Shown piece after piece: positions 43,756-54,837 of a stretch of 64,000 nt of DNA. Within the stretch, counting starts at the first letter, position 1. Every line of letters begins with the position of its first letter. This stretch comes from Candidatus Marinacidobacterales bacterium (GTDB lineage Bacteria; Acidobacteriota; Vicinamibacteria; Marinacidobacterales; SMYC01): the NCBI GenBank assembly GCA_965237955.1, contig OZ250169.1:3616001-3680000 (forward strand), given 5' to 3'. The notes under the pieces are model-generated. The model saw only the letters and a program-made list of their open reading frames with translations, did no database searches and was not told where the DNA came from. Position numbers and translations under genes: made by a program.

Positions 43756-43854
43756 ACTAACCGCACGAATGCGGCGACGACCTACATCGTTGCGGTTGGA
43801 CCGCAATTCCAGATCAGCTAGACTCTAGAGACGTTTCGGCATTTGCCGGCCGCG

Positions 43855-44100
43855 TTGCGATGAGGTGGCGGTACCAGCGCAGAAGCGTAGCGGGTGTGGC
43901 AACGGACGCAATCTGGGCCAGCGCCTCGCGGCCCAAAGCCTGGGCCTTGACGGCGAGCCTACGCCGGTCGTCGTCAGAGAGCTTGAGACGCTTGCCCCGA
44001 AGCCCGGCTCGGAGCACACGGTTCTCCTCTTGCAGGTAGTCGATCGCACCCTGCTGCTGGCGGTTGACCCAGCCAGCTAGAACGAGCAGTAGGAATTGCA
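43855..44100 (-). pseudogene. rve-family transposase N-terminal fragment
   Basis: LAGWVNRQQQGAIDYLQEENRVLR...DDDRRRLAVK...TPATLLRWYR, homologous to 36503-36760. Confidence 0.8.
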
Positions 44101-44109
44101 CGTGGTACG

Positions 44110-44857
44110 CGCGAGATGGCAATCTCGAAGACGTTCTTTGCAAGATCCACAGCGATCGTCGTATCTTTCATTCGGACTCCTCCTTTTTCGATGCGTTCTT
44201 TCGACTGACTTTGGCACATCGATGCCGTCTATGTCAGCGGAGGAGTCCATCCCATCACTTGATGGCAGAAGCACCCCGTCCTGTGCCAAAACTCGGACAG
44301 CCACGACATCCCCAAGCGCCGGCCTACGTGTGCTCCGCAAAAAGTCGATCCAGCCTTGATTGCACGGTTTAGACCTGTCATGTACCGATGGCTGCTTCGC
44401 GCCGGTCGACCCGACGACGCCACTGATGGGTGCTTCGGCAGTCAAATGTTGGCGACCGCCGCGTAACCCGTTCGCGTGCTGAGTTTGAGTTTGATTTCGA
44501 GAAGCGCAGTTCTTTCGTCGATGCAGGCTGGGCCGAGTTTTGGCACAGGACGGGGAGCAGGACGACGTCGTGTCCCAACCTTCGGAACGTCCTTGCCCAG
44601 AAGTGAGCAGAGCCGCAGGCTTCGAGAAGCACGGTGGCAGCGCTCTGTTTGGCAAAAAACGACACCAACTTGGGTCGACTCACACGGAGTTGCTTGGACA
44701 CCTTCCCCGCTTCTCCCGAGATGGCAATCTCGAAGACGTTCTTTGCAAGATCCACAGCGATCGTCGTATCTTTCATTCGGACTCCTCCTTTTCGATGCGT
44801 ATTCGACTGACTTTGGCACATCGATGCCGTCTATGTCAGCGGAGGAGTCCATTCCAT
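44110..44857 (-). pseudogene. Two 5' fragments of an IS110-family (IS1111-type) element (44110-44255 and 44553-44857) with a MITE (44277-44552) between them
   Basis: MKDTTIAVDLAKNVFEI...VLLEACGSAHFWAR...GHDVVLLP (DEDD N-domain); subterminal ATGGACTCCTCC. Confidence 0.85.
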
Positions 44858-44955
44858 CACTTGATGGCGGAAGCACCGGCAGACCGGAGACTAGTCAAGT
44901 TCGGTGCGCGCGGATGAATAAATAGAAGGCACAACCCGCATACTCTCAGGTTGTT

Positions 44956-45852
44956 TCAAAATGCACGACGCAGTTCTCGCAGCCCGTACGTTTTCACGAG
45001 TGCGTCTTCAGTGCGCAATAGTGTATAGGCGTTGATGTTCATTCGATCCAGCCGCTGCAATACCTGGCCCCGCTCTCGTTGTGGAAGTGTGATCTTCCAA
45101 CAGATTGCATCTTCTATAGCGTTATTGTGCGTGACCCGGTTGGTACCTGGTGCGAGTATTTGCCCAAAATTGCATATAATGTACTCGTGGGAACCGTAGC
45201 AGTACACGCCGTTGTTCGCTGGATCGTGAAGAGCAATTGTGTACGCAGATTGTTGGTCATAATGTCTGGCTTCTCCCTTTACCGGATTCGGCCAATCGCG
45301 TATGCCCGCCTCCTGCCCGGGCAACAGTTCGCGCGCAGTTACGTAGTCCTTGTAGCGGTGCTTCGGCGGCCGCATTACGAAGATTGCAGCGCGTGACTGA
45401 TCCGTTTCGTCATTCTTATCGGCACCTGTGCGGCTGGCGGCGGCGAAAGCAAAATATGCTGCGACGTAGGGCGATAACGTCCAGTCAAGAAGCGGCGAGG
45501 GGAATCCGTGGTGTCGGAGATAGACTGCGTACTCGAAGGATAATGCTTCGCCATCTATCGGAAAAGGGTTGTCGCTCTTGTCGATCTTGCCGAAGACACG
45601 GTTCGTGTGTGTTTCTACGATCACCTGCATCTTTTTAGCGGCATCGCTGTATTTGTCAATAGGAACGTCAAGAGCAGGATGTCTTTCGGGGAGTAATTCC
45701 TGTCGACTTCGGTAGAGTGTGCTTTCGAGTCTCCACTTGCTTTCTCTATGCCCGCGGTAGAGTACAGTGGAGCCAAGTAGTTGTTTTTCGTCGAGCCATT
45801 TTTCGAACTCCACGAATGTCGTTAGCTGTTTCTCCTTGAATGGCGTCACCAC
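44956..45852 (-). CDS. FRG-domain protein
   Basis: LYRGH...W.LESTL.R; HHGFPSPLLDWTLSPYVAAYFAF; QQS; LDRMNINAYTL. Confidence 0.85.
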   Translation of the reverse strand: MVTPFKEKQLTTFVEFEKWLDEKQLLGSTVLYRGHRESKWRLESTLYRSRQELLPERHPALDVPIDKYSDAAKKMQVIVETHTNRVFGKIDKSDNPFPIDGEALSFEYAVYLRHHGFPSPLLDWTLSPYVAAYFAFAAASRTGADKNDETDQSRAAIFVMRPPKHRYKDYVTARELLPGQEAGIRDWPNPVKGEARHYDQQSAYTIALHDPANNGVYCYGSHEYIICNFGQILAPGTNRVTHNNAIEDAICWKITLPQRERGQVLQRLDRMNINAYTLLRTEDALVKTYGLRELRRAF

Positions 45853-45906
45853 TCGACCTGATCCCTTCTTTGCAATTCCGCACCATATTAGTATGGCTGA
45901 TGGCGT

Positions 45907-46215
45907 TGTGCCTTCTATTTATTCATCCGGGCGCCCCGAACTTGATTAGTCTCCGGTCTGCCGGCACCATACCTGCTTGATTTCGTCGTTTGTTCGCGCG
46001 CTCATCTCCGCCTTCAAGGCTCGTCGCGAACTGGCTCTTGACAATGTCGCTCTTCGGCAGCAGCTCGCCGTCCTCTGCCGTCCGGTGAAACGGCGCGGCT
46101 CTCGAAGGTCGACCGCGGGTGGGGTAACTGTAAAGCCTAGGGGCCCTTGGCCCCCCAGTCGCTAAGCTGCTGATTTATGGTCTATTTCGAAAGGGCCGAG
46201 TTTTGGCACAGGACG
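45907..46215 (+). mobile_element. About 309-bp hybrid MITE, copy 1
   Basis: TGTGCCTTCTATT left end, transposase N-terminal stub and GGCACAGGACG right end; copy 2 at 63645-63953. Confidence 0.85.
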
Positions 46216-46234
46216 ACGACGCGGGAGAGGCGCC

Positions 46235-47233
46235 ATGCTGACCCAGTAAACGATCGAGAAGATGAACGCCATGAAGTTATTCGGCCTGGTCGCTGCATTC
46301 GACACCCAGCTGAGCTCGAGCGAATACGACGAACTGAGTTTCGAAGAGCGTGTTGGTCTCCTGGTCGATGCGGAGTGGAGCGACCGCGAATGCCGCAAAC
46401 TGTCACGACGCCTGAAAGCTGCCAAGCTCCGTTATCCCGCTTCTTTGGAGAACGTCAACTTCCAGGCGTCGCGTGGTCTGAATCGCCAGCAGATCCTCAC
46501 CCTGGGAAGCGGCCGCTGGATCGCCGAGCAACACAACCTCCTCATCACTGGACCGACGGGGATCGGCAAGTCTTTTCTCGCATGCGCCTTCGTCGAGCGG
46601 GCTTGTCGCCGTGGCTTCACCGGCTGCTACGTCCGAGCATCTCGTCTCGTTCACGACCTTGGCGTCGCGCGCGGTGACGGCTCCTACGTACGGCTTCTGA
46701 GTCGGCTCGCCAAGGTTGACCTGCTCGCCATCGATGACTGGCTCCTTCACCCGCTCAAGGACGCGGACAGACGCGACCTCATGGAGGTCATCGAAGAGCG
46801 TGCCGAGCGTGGCTCGACGCTCATCGCCACGCAGCTTCCCGTCAAGCAATGGCACACCGCCATCGGTGACCCCAACCACGCCGATGCGCTTTGCGATCGC
46901 ATCCTCCACCGAGCCCATCGAATTACACTCAAGGGCGCTTCGCTTCGCAAAACCAAATCCGCACCCGAGACCACCACGGGGGATACATGAGCGCCGCAGG
47001 AACGGTTGGGCGCTGCCTCCGGGAGCGGGATGGTCGCTTCGCGTCGTTTATTAAGCCCGCTCCCTACGGCACCGCCCAACCGTTCCTTGTCCTTCCACCC
47101 GCAGCTGAGATACCGTCTGAAACATCGGAAAGGAGGCTTACCTACACGTCAACGCTTCGTTGAGCGATCGGCTTCCCAGGAATCCGTGATCGGCTTGCTC
47201 AGGAACAGGTGATCGCGATGGCCGGAATACGCA
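46235..47233 (+). mobile_element. istB: Second IS21 remnant: istB (46235/46262-46990, early TAA at codon 5) plus right end
   Basis: GPTGIGKS, LLAIDDW, ADALCDR; terminal GATCG repeats and CCGGAATACGCA. Confidence 0.9.
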
Positions 47234-47402
47234 CTAAATGCAAAGAGTCGTGTTTTCATTCGACTGCGCAGCATCTCGGTGCGAAGAAGTTCACGACTGA
47301 ACCCGTTTTGAAGCGTCTGTACCGGGCGTAGTCGGTTCATACGTGGCTTTGGGGGATAGCTCTCCGGCAAGGAGCGTGCTCGACAAAATACCAACCTCAA
47401 TT

Positions 47403-48938
47403 TCAACATCGCATCGTTGTGGCGAGTTGGTCGAAGCCTCGAAGAAAAACCGGTTGCCAAGGGTTCCACGCGAGCAGGCGGTAAATGGTTTTTCTTCCCT
47501 GGCGGATGATCTGAGCGGGGACGCGGATAAATGCGTTTACGAACGATTTGAACTCCATCCGGATAACGGCTCGTTTCTCGGCCTTGTACTTGCTCGCCCA
47601 CCGTCTCTTTTCAGGGAGTAGGAGCCCGAACCACGCTTTGAGGCTCCAAGCAAGCGACGCCATCACCATGTATGCCCAGTTGCTCAATAGATTGTCGAGC
47701 GGTGTCTCGAGCGCATGAACCCCGCTCTTGAGCTGCGCGATTAGGTTTTCTTGATTGCAGCGCTCGTTCGATTCCCACACGATCTCCTCGACCGGAACAT
47801 CCCGCTTGTTGGTGAGATAGAAGAAGTAAACGATGTCATCAAACAAGCGCTGCTCACCTTTCTCCACCGACAGGTTTTTCCGGAGAACGACCGCGTGGTA
47901 GTTTTTTTTGCATGCGACGGGCGAGTACTCAAACTCTGCCACATCTTCCGACACGGTGTGGATGTTCTTGTATTCTCGTTCTCGAACAATCGCCTGTTTC
48001 ACATTCTTCGGTCTCTGCCGAAGCAACGTCTTCACCTCATACTTCGGACGCCGTTTGAGTCGCTTCCAGGCCCGCCTGGGAAGGCTTTCCGCAATCCTCT
48101 TCACATTCGGCATCGCGTCCATTCCGAATACGAACTCGACCTCTTGCTCATCCCAGCGGGCCAGATGCTTCGTTTGCGTAAAGTCTGTGTCACCGCGTAG
48201 CGTCACTTTCTTGAAGCCGCTTCGTCGACACAACTCGATCGCTTGGTCCAGTCGTTCGCTCGCCCTTTCACTCGACGGACGGTTGCCCCCTCGATTCACC
48301 AGAAAAAGGGGCTCCTGCGTATTCGCCAACGACACCAACAATGGGTGAAAGCCCCATGTCCCCTTGTACGAAATGTTCATCCCTTCCTTACACTCTGCCA
48401 GTGTTTCCACCAGTGTCCCGTCCGCGTCAATCTTCGCTTCGTCAAAAAACTCTTCCGGTTGCTGTGACCACATTCGCGGACGCACTTCGTTGAAGGCCTC
48501 CATCAACGCGTTAATGTCTTCCTCCTTTAATCGACGACAAAAATCTCCCGCCGTCGTCGGGTCCGGAATCCGCTGAGCCCCGAGCGCATCCAGATACACT
48601 TCGTCATTTCTCAACAACTCGATGTCCTCTAGACACGTCCCGCCCGACAGTATGTTGTATGCGATGTTCAGCACATGATCCGACTCGTGGTAGGGCAGAT
48701 GAACTTTCAGAACATCGACTCTCTCGTCGATCGCTTTCACCAACCCGCTCGCCAACGCGAATTTGTGGACCGCACCGATCCCGCCAACCCCAACGCCTCG
48801 CGTTCGCTCCGACAACTCGTAATGGATGTTACTCGCGCTGAACATCGGCTCGTCTTGTGCGGGCCAATTCTTCCGTCCCAGACGACGTTCGATGCAACGT
48901 TTGCGATTCCGTTCTTTCTGTTGTCTACTCTTGCTCAC
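47403..48938 (-). CDS. IS1380-family transposase
   Basis: YHESDHVL, IPDPTTAGDF, IDADGT, RGDTDF, ERCNQENLIAQLK, NWAYM. Confidence 0.9.
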   Translation of the reverse strand: MSKSRQQKERNRKRCIERRLGRKNWPAQDEPMFSASNIHYELSERTRGVGVGGIGAVHKFALASGLVKAIDERVDVLKVHLPYHESDHVLNIAYNILSGGTCLEDIELLRNDEVYLDALGAQRIPDPTTAGDFCRRLKEEDINALMEAFNEVRPRMWSQQPEEFFDEAKIDADGTLVETLAECKEGMNISYKGTWGFHPLLVSLANTQEPLFLVNRGGNRPSSERASERLDQAIELCRRSGFKKVTLRGDTDFTQTKHLARWDEQEVEFVFGMDAMPNVKRIAESLPRRAWKRLKRRPKYEVKTLLRQRPKNVKQAIVREREYKNIHTVSEDVAEFEYSPVACKKNYHAVVLRKNLSVEKGEQRLFDDIVYFFYLTNKRDVPVEEIVWESNERCNQENLIAQLKSGVHALETPLDNLLSNWAYMVMASLAWSLKAWFGLLLPEKRRWASKYKAEKRAVIRMEFKSFVNAFIRVPAQIIRQGRKTIYRLLAWNPWQPVFLRGFDQLATTMRC

Positions 48939-49102
48939 TCGAAATGCCCCGCTCGGCGATTAAAGTTTGGCTTTGCAACTTTCTTTATACGCCGGAAACA
49001 CAGGGCATTTCGAGTGCTTTTTTCTAGTTCAAACTATTTTTCCATCCAATCGCGCTTGTTATAGGTCTAGTCAGGCGAGGGCAACCTCAGAGGAGGAACA
49101 GA

Positions 49103-49531
49103 ATGAGTTTGACAAAAAGGCTGGGCGTGACGTTCGTTTTGATCGCAGCAGTCGCGGCTATTGCTGTGGGCTCCGTCAAAGCTGCCTCTGTCTCAGTCCG
49201 TGTGGGAGTGTACGACGACACGGAGAGGAGACCAATGCCGGAGAAGGCAGAAATCTGGATTCGAGGTCTTGGATCTTGGTGGATTGTCCGGGAGACCGTA
49301 AAGAACGTGCCCGAACGGCAGGTCGGAGCAGTGGATACTATCTTCGTCTATCCCGATGGCCGCTCTGGTAAGGAGATTAGTGTGAGGTTCAAGATCACCA
49401 CAGATATGTGTCCGCAGGGCTGTGCCCGAGACCTCATTTCCGTTGCCATTTCCGACACCGAAGTGAGTGTTCAAGGAACTCCCATCGATGCTGCCAACGA
49501 CGAGTTCGAGGTGATTCTAAAGCGCCGTTAG
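49103..49531 (+). CDS. Secreted hypothetical protein
   Basis: GGAGG RBS, signal peptide, 142 aa beta-rich. Confidence 0.65.
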   Translation: MSLTKRLGVTFVLIAAVAAIAVGSVKAASVSVRVGVYDDTERRPMPEKAEIWIRGLGSWWIVRETVKNVPERQVGAVDTIFVYPDGRSGKEISVRFKITTDMCPQGCARDLISVAISDTEVSVQGTPIDAANDEFEVILKRR

Positions 49532-49635
49532 TGACCCTAATTCGAGACCGCTGCATCGCGTCGGAACTGGTGTCCGAAGGCTCATAGTGGTAGAACCTTC
49601 CAGCGTGTTTCACATCGCGTTGGGAATCAAAAGAA

Positions 49636-50061
49636 ATGGACTTGGTTACCCGTAAAGTTCTTGAGACGGCTGTAAACTCTATGGCCGACTTCAAAAACAC
49701 GTTCGGGCGAGATTTGTCAGTATCGATTCTTGCGGAATTGTACGTTGCATTGGAGTTGGATTTGTCAATTGTTAGCGAACCGAACACACCCGGTTTCGAT
49801 CTTCTTTCAGAGGACAGGACGCATTATCAGATCAAACATCGCAGCGCCACTACACTCAACGTAGACATCAATAATTTTGATTTCGATTACCTTGTTCTCG
49901 TCAACATGTCCCCCGGCTACCGCCTAACCGGCATGTGGCAACTCGATGTCGAGGCGGCACGTTCCCTCTTCGTCCACAGAGCGAAATACCGCAAATACCA
50001 AGCCACGCAAAAGGCGGTCAAGAATGCCGCGAAAGCGTTAGTGGTGAGGGGAATCGCTTAA
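49636..50061 (+). CDS. Small PD-(D/E)xK-like nuclease-fold hypothetical protein
   Basis: LAELYVA...PGFDLL...YQIK...FDYLVLV pattern; lower GC. Confidence 0.55.
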   Translation: MDLVTRKVLETAVNSMADFKNTFGRDLSVSILAELYVALELDLSIVSEPNTPGFDLLSEDRTHYQIKHRSATTLNVDINNFDFDYLVLVNMSPGYRLTGMWQLDVEAARSLFVHRAKYRKYQATQKAVKNAAKALVVRGIA

Positions 50062-50164
50062 CGCTCGTCGCGTGGGGAATCGTCCCGAATTCCAGCGTTT
50101 GTCAGACTTCCCCTGCTGTTGGCGAGAGTTCGCCAAGCACGCCGTCAAATAGGGTTTCAAGATC

Positions 50165-51760
50165 GTCTTGCGCAATGGCGTGGAAGAGAACGTTACCGGA
50201 CTCGAATAGCAGTCTCCGGCTGACATCCAGAGATAAGCGAGCGGCAGGGAGAAGGAGCTGTCATGAGCAAAGGTCGTCGTCGTCACACTGCGGAGCAAAA
50301 GGCAGAGCTGTTGCGCCAGCACGTTGCCGAGAAAAAGCCGGTCTCGGAGGTATGCAACGAGGCAGAAATCCAGCCGAGCCTGTTCTACACACGGCAAAGG
50401 GAGCTATTGGCTGGAGCCCATACGGTGTTTTCGTTCCGTCGTGCGCCGAGCCGTGAGAAGGAGCTAGAGGAGAAGCTCTCCCGTCTCGAGGCGAAGGTGG
50501 CCCGTAAGGATCAGATCATCGCTGAGGTGACCGAAGAGTACGTGACACTCAAAAAAAACTTGGGGAAGCCTGAGTGGTGCCTGGATTCCCCATGACCGTC
50601 GTGACGAGGTTGTCGACTTCGTGAACACAATCGCCACCAAGACCCAGCTTCCGGTCCAGCAGATCGTTCAGTGGTGCGGGATCGCTCGGGGCAAGTTCTA
50701 CGACTGGCGCAAGCGGTACGGGAAGGTGAATGAGCACAACGGCCTGGTGCCGCGGGATCACTGGATCGAAGAATGGGAGCGCCAGTCCGTGATCGACTAC
50801 TTCGACTGCCACCCACTGGACGGGTATCGCCGACTCACGTTCATGATGCTGGACGAAGACGTGGTGGCAGTTAGCCCCTCGACGACGTACCGGGTGTTGT
50901 CGAAGGCGGGTCGTCTGGACCGTTGGAACCCGAAGCCGTCGAAGAAGGGAACGGGCTTCGTTCAGCCGCTGCGAGCGCACCAGCACTGGCACACGGATAT
51001 CTCGTACTTGAACCTGGGTGGGACGTTCTACTACCTCTGCTCGTTTCTGGATGGTGCGAGCCGCGCGGTGGTTCACTGGGAGATTCGTGAGTCGATGACG
51101 GAAGCGGATGTGGAGTGCATCTTGGAGCGAGCAAAGGAGCGGTACCCCGATGCGCGGCCTCGAATCATCTCGGACAACGGTCCGCAGTACATCGCGAAGG
51201 ACTTCAAGGCATTCATCCGCATCTCAGGGATGACGCACGTGAGGACCGCGCCGTACTACCCGCAATCGAACGGGAAGATTGAGCGTTGGCACAAGACGAT
51301 AAAATCGGACGCCCTGCGTCCTGCCAGCCCCACGAGCCTCGAAGAGGCTCGCCGCTTGATGGAACGATTCGTCGAATATTACAACGGGGTTCGCCTGCAC
51401 AGCGCGATCGGCTACATTGCGCCGCTGGACTTCATGGATGGCAAGGCCACCCAGATCTGGTCGGAGCGAGACCGCAAACTCGAGCAGGCTCGGAAGCTGC
51501 GGCGTGAGCGCCGTGCGAACAAGGTGCCCGCATGAACACTCTGATCCCAGGAGCCCCACTCCGTTCCCTCTCGCCCACAAGCATTGAGTACCAGAGAGCG
51601 CAGGGGGCGTCAAGGGCAGCGAAGCCGGCGCGCGCAGCGCGCTTTACCCTTGACGCCCCCGAGCACTCTGGTACGATCCCTGGGGCGATAGGGGACATCC
51701 TGCCGCCGGGCGTTGCGTTAACGTCCAACCTCGCTGTCATCTTCACGCTGAACCAATACA
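50165..51760 (+). mobile_element. IS3-family element; orfA 50263-50595, orfB to 51535 via -1 frameshift
   Basis: A8C slippery site at about 50551 followed by a GGGGAA...TTCCCC hairpin; WHTDISY, ISDNGPQY, PQSNGKIER. Right end ...GAACCAATACA; left boundary approximate. Confidence 0.9.
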
Positions 51761-52040
51761 CCGCCAGCAAGCTCATCTTGAACTCCACCGTCTTGACCGT
51801 GGAGCCCGGCGAGACCGAACCCACCGCGAAGTTACCCGCCGTGTCCGCCAGCAGACCGATGAGACCCCCGTGGATGACGCCATGACTTTCTTCGAACTCG
51901 GCCCGAAACGGCAAACGCACGCGCGCCACGCCGTTCTCGCAATAGCTGAGTGTCATGCCCAGGTAGCGGCTGATCGGAGCCGCCTCGAAGAGTTGTTTGA
52001 GTTTTTCGAGATGCGCGGAACGTTCCGTCGTTTCACCCAC
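51761..52040 (-). pseudogene. PaaI/hotdog thioesterase, 3'-truncated by IS3
   Basis: PISRYLGM...HGVIHGGLIGLLADTAG...TVEFKMSLL. Confidence 0.8.
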
Positions 52041-52177
52041 CCGCTGGTGGCGGACACCTTGATGAAATCTGCTAAAATGGGCGTGTAACGGAATCGTCAG
52101 TCGGCTTTCGCGTTTTCAAGCTAGACACTTCCAACAACCGTGCCTGGGAGCCGGCTCACGACAACTTAGAGGGCTCA

Positions 52178-52530
52178 TTGCTCGACAGCATCGACCGCAT
52201 CAAGCCGGACCGTGGCGAGCAGGGCATCCTCTACGAGCTCCTACTGAAGCTTGGCCTGGACCTCTGCATACCCATCGAGACCCGCAACATCGTGGGCAAG
52301 TCTGTCCGCTCCATCGGGGCCGGCGCATTGATAGCCTGCCTCGACGAGAACATTGCTAGAGAAGGGGTCGAGCCCCTGGCGGTCGGAATCGCCGTGTGAC
52401 CCGCAGAGATGGAACTCGCCGACGACAGCATCGTGGTTTTCCGCGACAGCGCCTTCGACGACGACGTTGCCAAGACCAACCTGGCGTTCATCCTGAAGCA
52501 ACGCGGGCTGGAGAATGTTCGGAGTTTGCG
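52178..52530 (+). pseudogene. C-terminal fragment of a type III R-M Mod subunit
   Basis: ILYELLLKLGLDL...VVFRDSAFDDDVAKTN...NVRSL with an internal TGA. Confidence 0.7.
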
Positions 52531-52545
52531 AGCTGAGGAACTGCT

Positions 52546-53448
52546 ATGCCTCCCGATACTTCTATCTCTCTCCTAAACTTGGGTAAGGCGTCGAAACCTG
52601 CCAATGCGCTGATAAAGAAGATATCGAACGCAGCAGGCGTTCTTTTCGAACCTCGCCAAATCAGACGAGTAGCCAAGGCGAAGGCTGAAGCAGCAAGGAT
52701 AGAGGCGCAATCTGAAATTGAGATAACTGACCTGCATCGACGAGCCACGCGACGATGGATCGAGGAGGAAGCGCAACGCCAGAAGAACATGGAAGACATT
52801 GCCGCTAAAGCCCTGCCTCAGTTGGACGAAAACGCGAAGCCCGATTCTATCGAAGACGATTGGATCGTCAACTTCTTCGAAAAATCCCGGATCGTGTCTG
52901 ACAATGAGATGCAGAAGCTGTGGTCGCGTGTTCTGTCCGGCGAGGCGAACTCTCCCGGGACCTACTCGAAGAGGACTGTCAATTTCCTTTCGGATCTCGA
53001 TAAGACCGAAGCCGTGCTGTTCACCAAGTTCTGCGGATTCGTCTGGACATATGGAGGTTTGGTGGCGTTAGTGTTCGATTCTGAAGCAGAAATCTATAGT
53101 AGAAATGGGATTAATTTCGAGAAACTAAGTCACCTTGACAGTATTGGCCTTGTTCAATTAAACCACCTTACTGGTTTCAGTCGAGTCAAGCTTTCCAAGA
53201 GCTTGGTCTTACATTATTACGGTAGGCCGCTTCACTTGAACCTGCCCAAAGACGCCAACAACGAGCTTGACATTGGAAAGGTGTTGCTTACGCGCATCGG
53301 GGAGGAACTTGCGCTGATATGCAGAAGCAAGCCAGTGGAGGGATTCTGGGAGTATGTGAGAGACAAATGGAAAAACTACTTGCCGAAGCCAGTGACCGAA
53401 AAGAGATCCGATTCGGTTTCGGACACCACGAAGACACCATCACAATGA
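52546..53448 (+). CDS. DUF2806-family protein
   Basis: EPRQIRR, QKNMEDI, DDWIVNFFE...VSDNEMQKLWSRVLSGEANSPGTYSKRT. Confidence 0.8.
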   Translation: MPPDTSISLLNLGKASKPANALIKKISNAAGVLFEPRQIRRVAKAKAEAARIEAQSEIEITDLHRRATRRWIEEEAQRQKNMEDIAAKALPQLDENAKPDSIEDDWIVNFFEKSRIVSDNEMQKLWSRVLSGEANSPGTYSKRTVNFLSDLDKTEAVLFTKFCGFVWTYGGLVALVFDSEAEIYSRNGINFEKLSHLDSIGLVQLNHLTGFSRVKLSKSLVLHYYGRPLHLNLPKDANNELDIGKVLLTRIGEELALICRSKPVEGFWEYVRDKWKNYLPKPVTEKRSDSVSDTTKTPSQ

Positions 53449-53549
53449 CCGAGTGACATGAACTCTACTTTGCCGGCACACGCAGGCCCACTGACACTAG
53501 CATTCAAGTGCCTCTAGCGGCGTACGAACACTTGATGGCAGAAGCACCT

Positions 53550-53758
53550 CAGTTCTTAACCCTAATCGCAAATAAACGTCACCGTGTCTGAGGTCTTTGG
53601 CCCCGTGAATAGCACCTTTTCCAGGTTCTGCATACACCGTGCAGAATCACCTATAGTGGCGACGAGCGGGTGCCCCAGCACGAGCTTCTCGCCTGCGCCC
53701 AGTGCGGCTGTTTCGCGTTTTCGTGCTTCGAAGATTTTGCGATTAGGGCTAAGTATTG
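53550..53758. mobile_element. About 209-bp MITE with 23-bp imperfect TIRs
   Basis: CAGTTCTTAACCCTAATCGCAAA ... TTTGCGATTAGGGCTAAGTATTG. Confidence 0.7.
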
Positions 53759-53857
53759 AGAACACGTTTGCAGAGTTTCGGGGTTTTACGAAAATCGCGT
53801 CCATTTTGGGCGTAAGCCATCGAACAAGAAAATAGGAAATTTGAGGCGTTTGCACAG

Positions 53858-54837
53858 TTGCAACTGACAGCGGTGGTAGAGACCTACTTCACCGAGCTTC
53901 GGCGGATGCGCGCGTCGGGCGGCTCGACCGGGGAGCGGTCGAGCTATGGGCCACTTGCAAACCTGCTTAATGCCGTTGGTGCGACGCTCAGGCCAAAGGT
54001 GTTTTGCGTCGGCGAACTTGCGGAGCAGGGCGCGGGTCATCCCGACTTCGGCCTCTACGCGGCGAAGCAAGTGCAGAAGGGCCGGCTGCGCGAGGGACAG
54101 ATACCGGCCCGCGGCGTGGTCGAGGTGAAGGGCGTCGGAGATGATGCGTGGCTGACCGCAGACGGCGAGCAGGTAAGCCGCTACTGGAGCCGCTACCAGC
54201 TGGTGCTGGTGACGAATACGCGCGACTTCGTGCTAGTGGGCATGGATGCGGCGGGCCGTCCTTCGAAGCTGGAAACGTTCCGGCTGGCTGACAGTGCCGA
54301 GGCGTTCGACCGCCGTCTTGAAAAGCCGCGGGCCTTCGCTCACGACGTGGGCGCGGGTCTGGGCGAGTACCTTAGTCGGGTACTGTCGCATCGTGCGGTG
54401 CTCGCCGAGCCGAAGGATTTGGCATGGCTGCTCGCGTCCTATGCCCGTGACGGGCTCGCGCGTGTCGAGGCGGCAGGTGATGCACCGTCGCTCAAGGCGG
54501 TTCGCTCGGCGCTGGAAGAAGCACTCGGGGTGCGCTTCGAGGGCGAAAAGGGTGCTCGCTTCTTCCACTCAACCCTGGTGCAGACGCTGTTCTATGGGGT
54601 CTTCTCTGCCTGGGTGCTGTGGGCGCGGCGGACGCCGTTACCGGCCGGGAAGTTCAACTGGCATGAAGCGGTCTGGCATTTGCGTGTGCCAGTCCTTCGA
54701 GCGCTGTTCCAGCAGCTCTCCGACCCCGGCCGCTTGCAACCGCTCGGCCTGGTCGAGGTGCTGGACTGGACTTCCGCCGCACTTGACCGGGTAGACCGGT
54801 CGTCGTTCTTCACCCGCTTTAGTGAGGGCGAGGCGGT
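53858..54837 (+). pseudogene. N-terminal part of a fused restriction-methyltransferase (type IIG/ISP-like), cut by IS
   Basis: GERSSYGPLANLL, GHPDFGL, VVEVKG, EQVSRY, LVTNTRDF, STLVQTLFYGVFSAW; stops before the MTase motifs. Confidence 0.75.

Noticed and set aside
22076-47233. One 25-kb IS21 composite bounded by matching IRs
   Set aside because: The two istB sequences overlap and differ, and no target duplication is visible; two separate remnants is simpler.
49532-49625. Possible attC sites around the short genes at 49103-50061 (CCCTAAT...GTTGGG) and after 62939
   Set aside because: No convincing inner L-box pairing and no integron integrase in the window; an attC covariance-model search would be needed.
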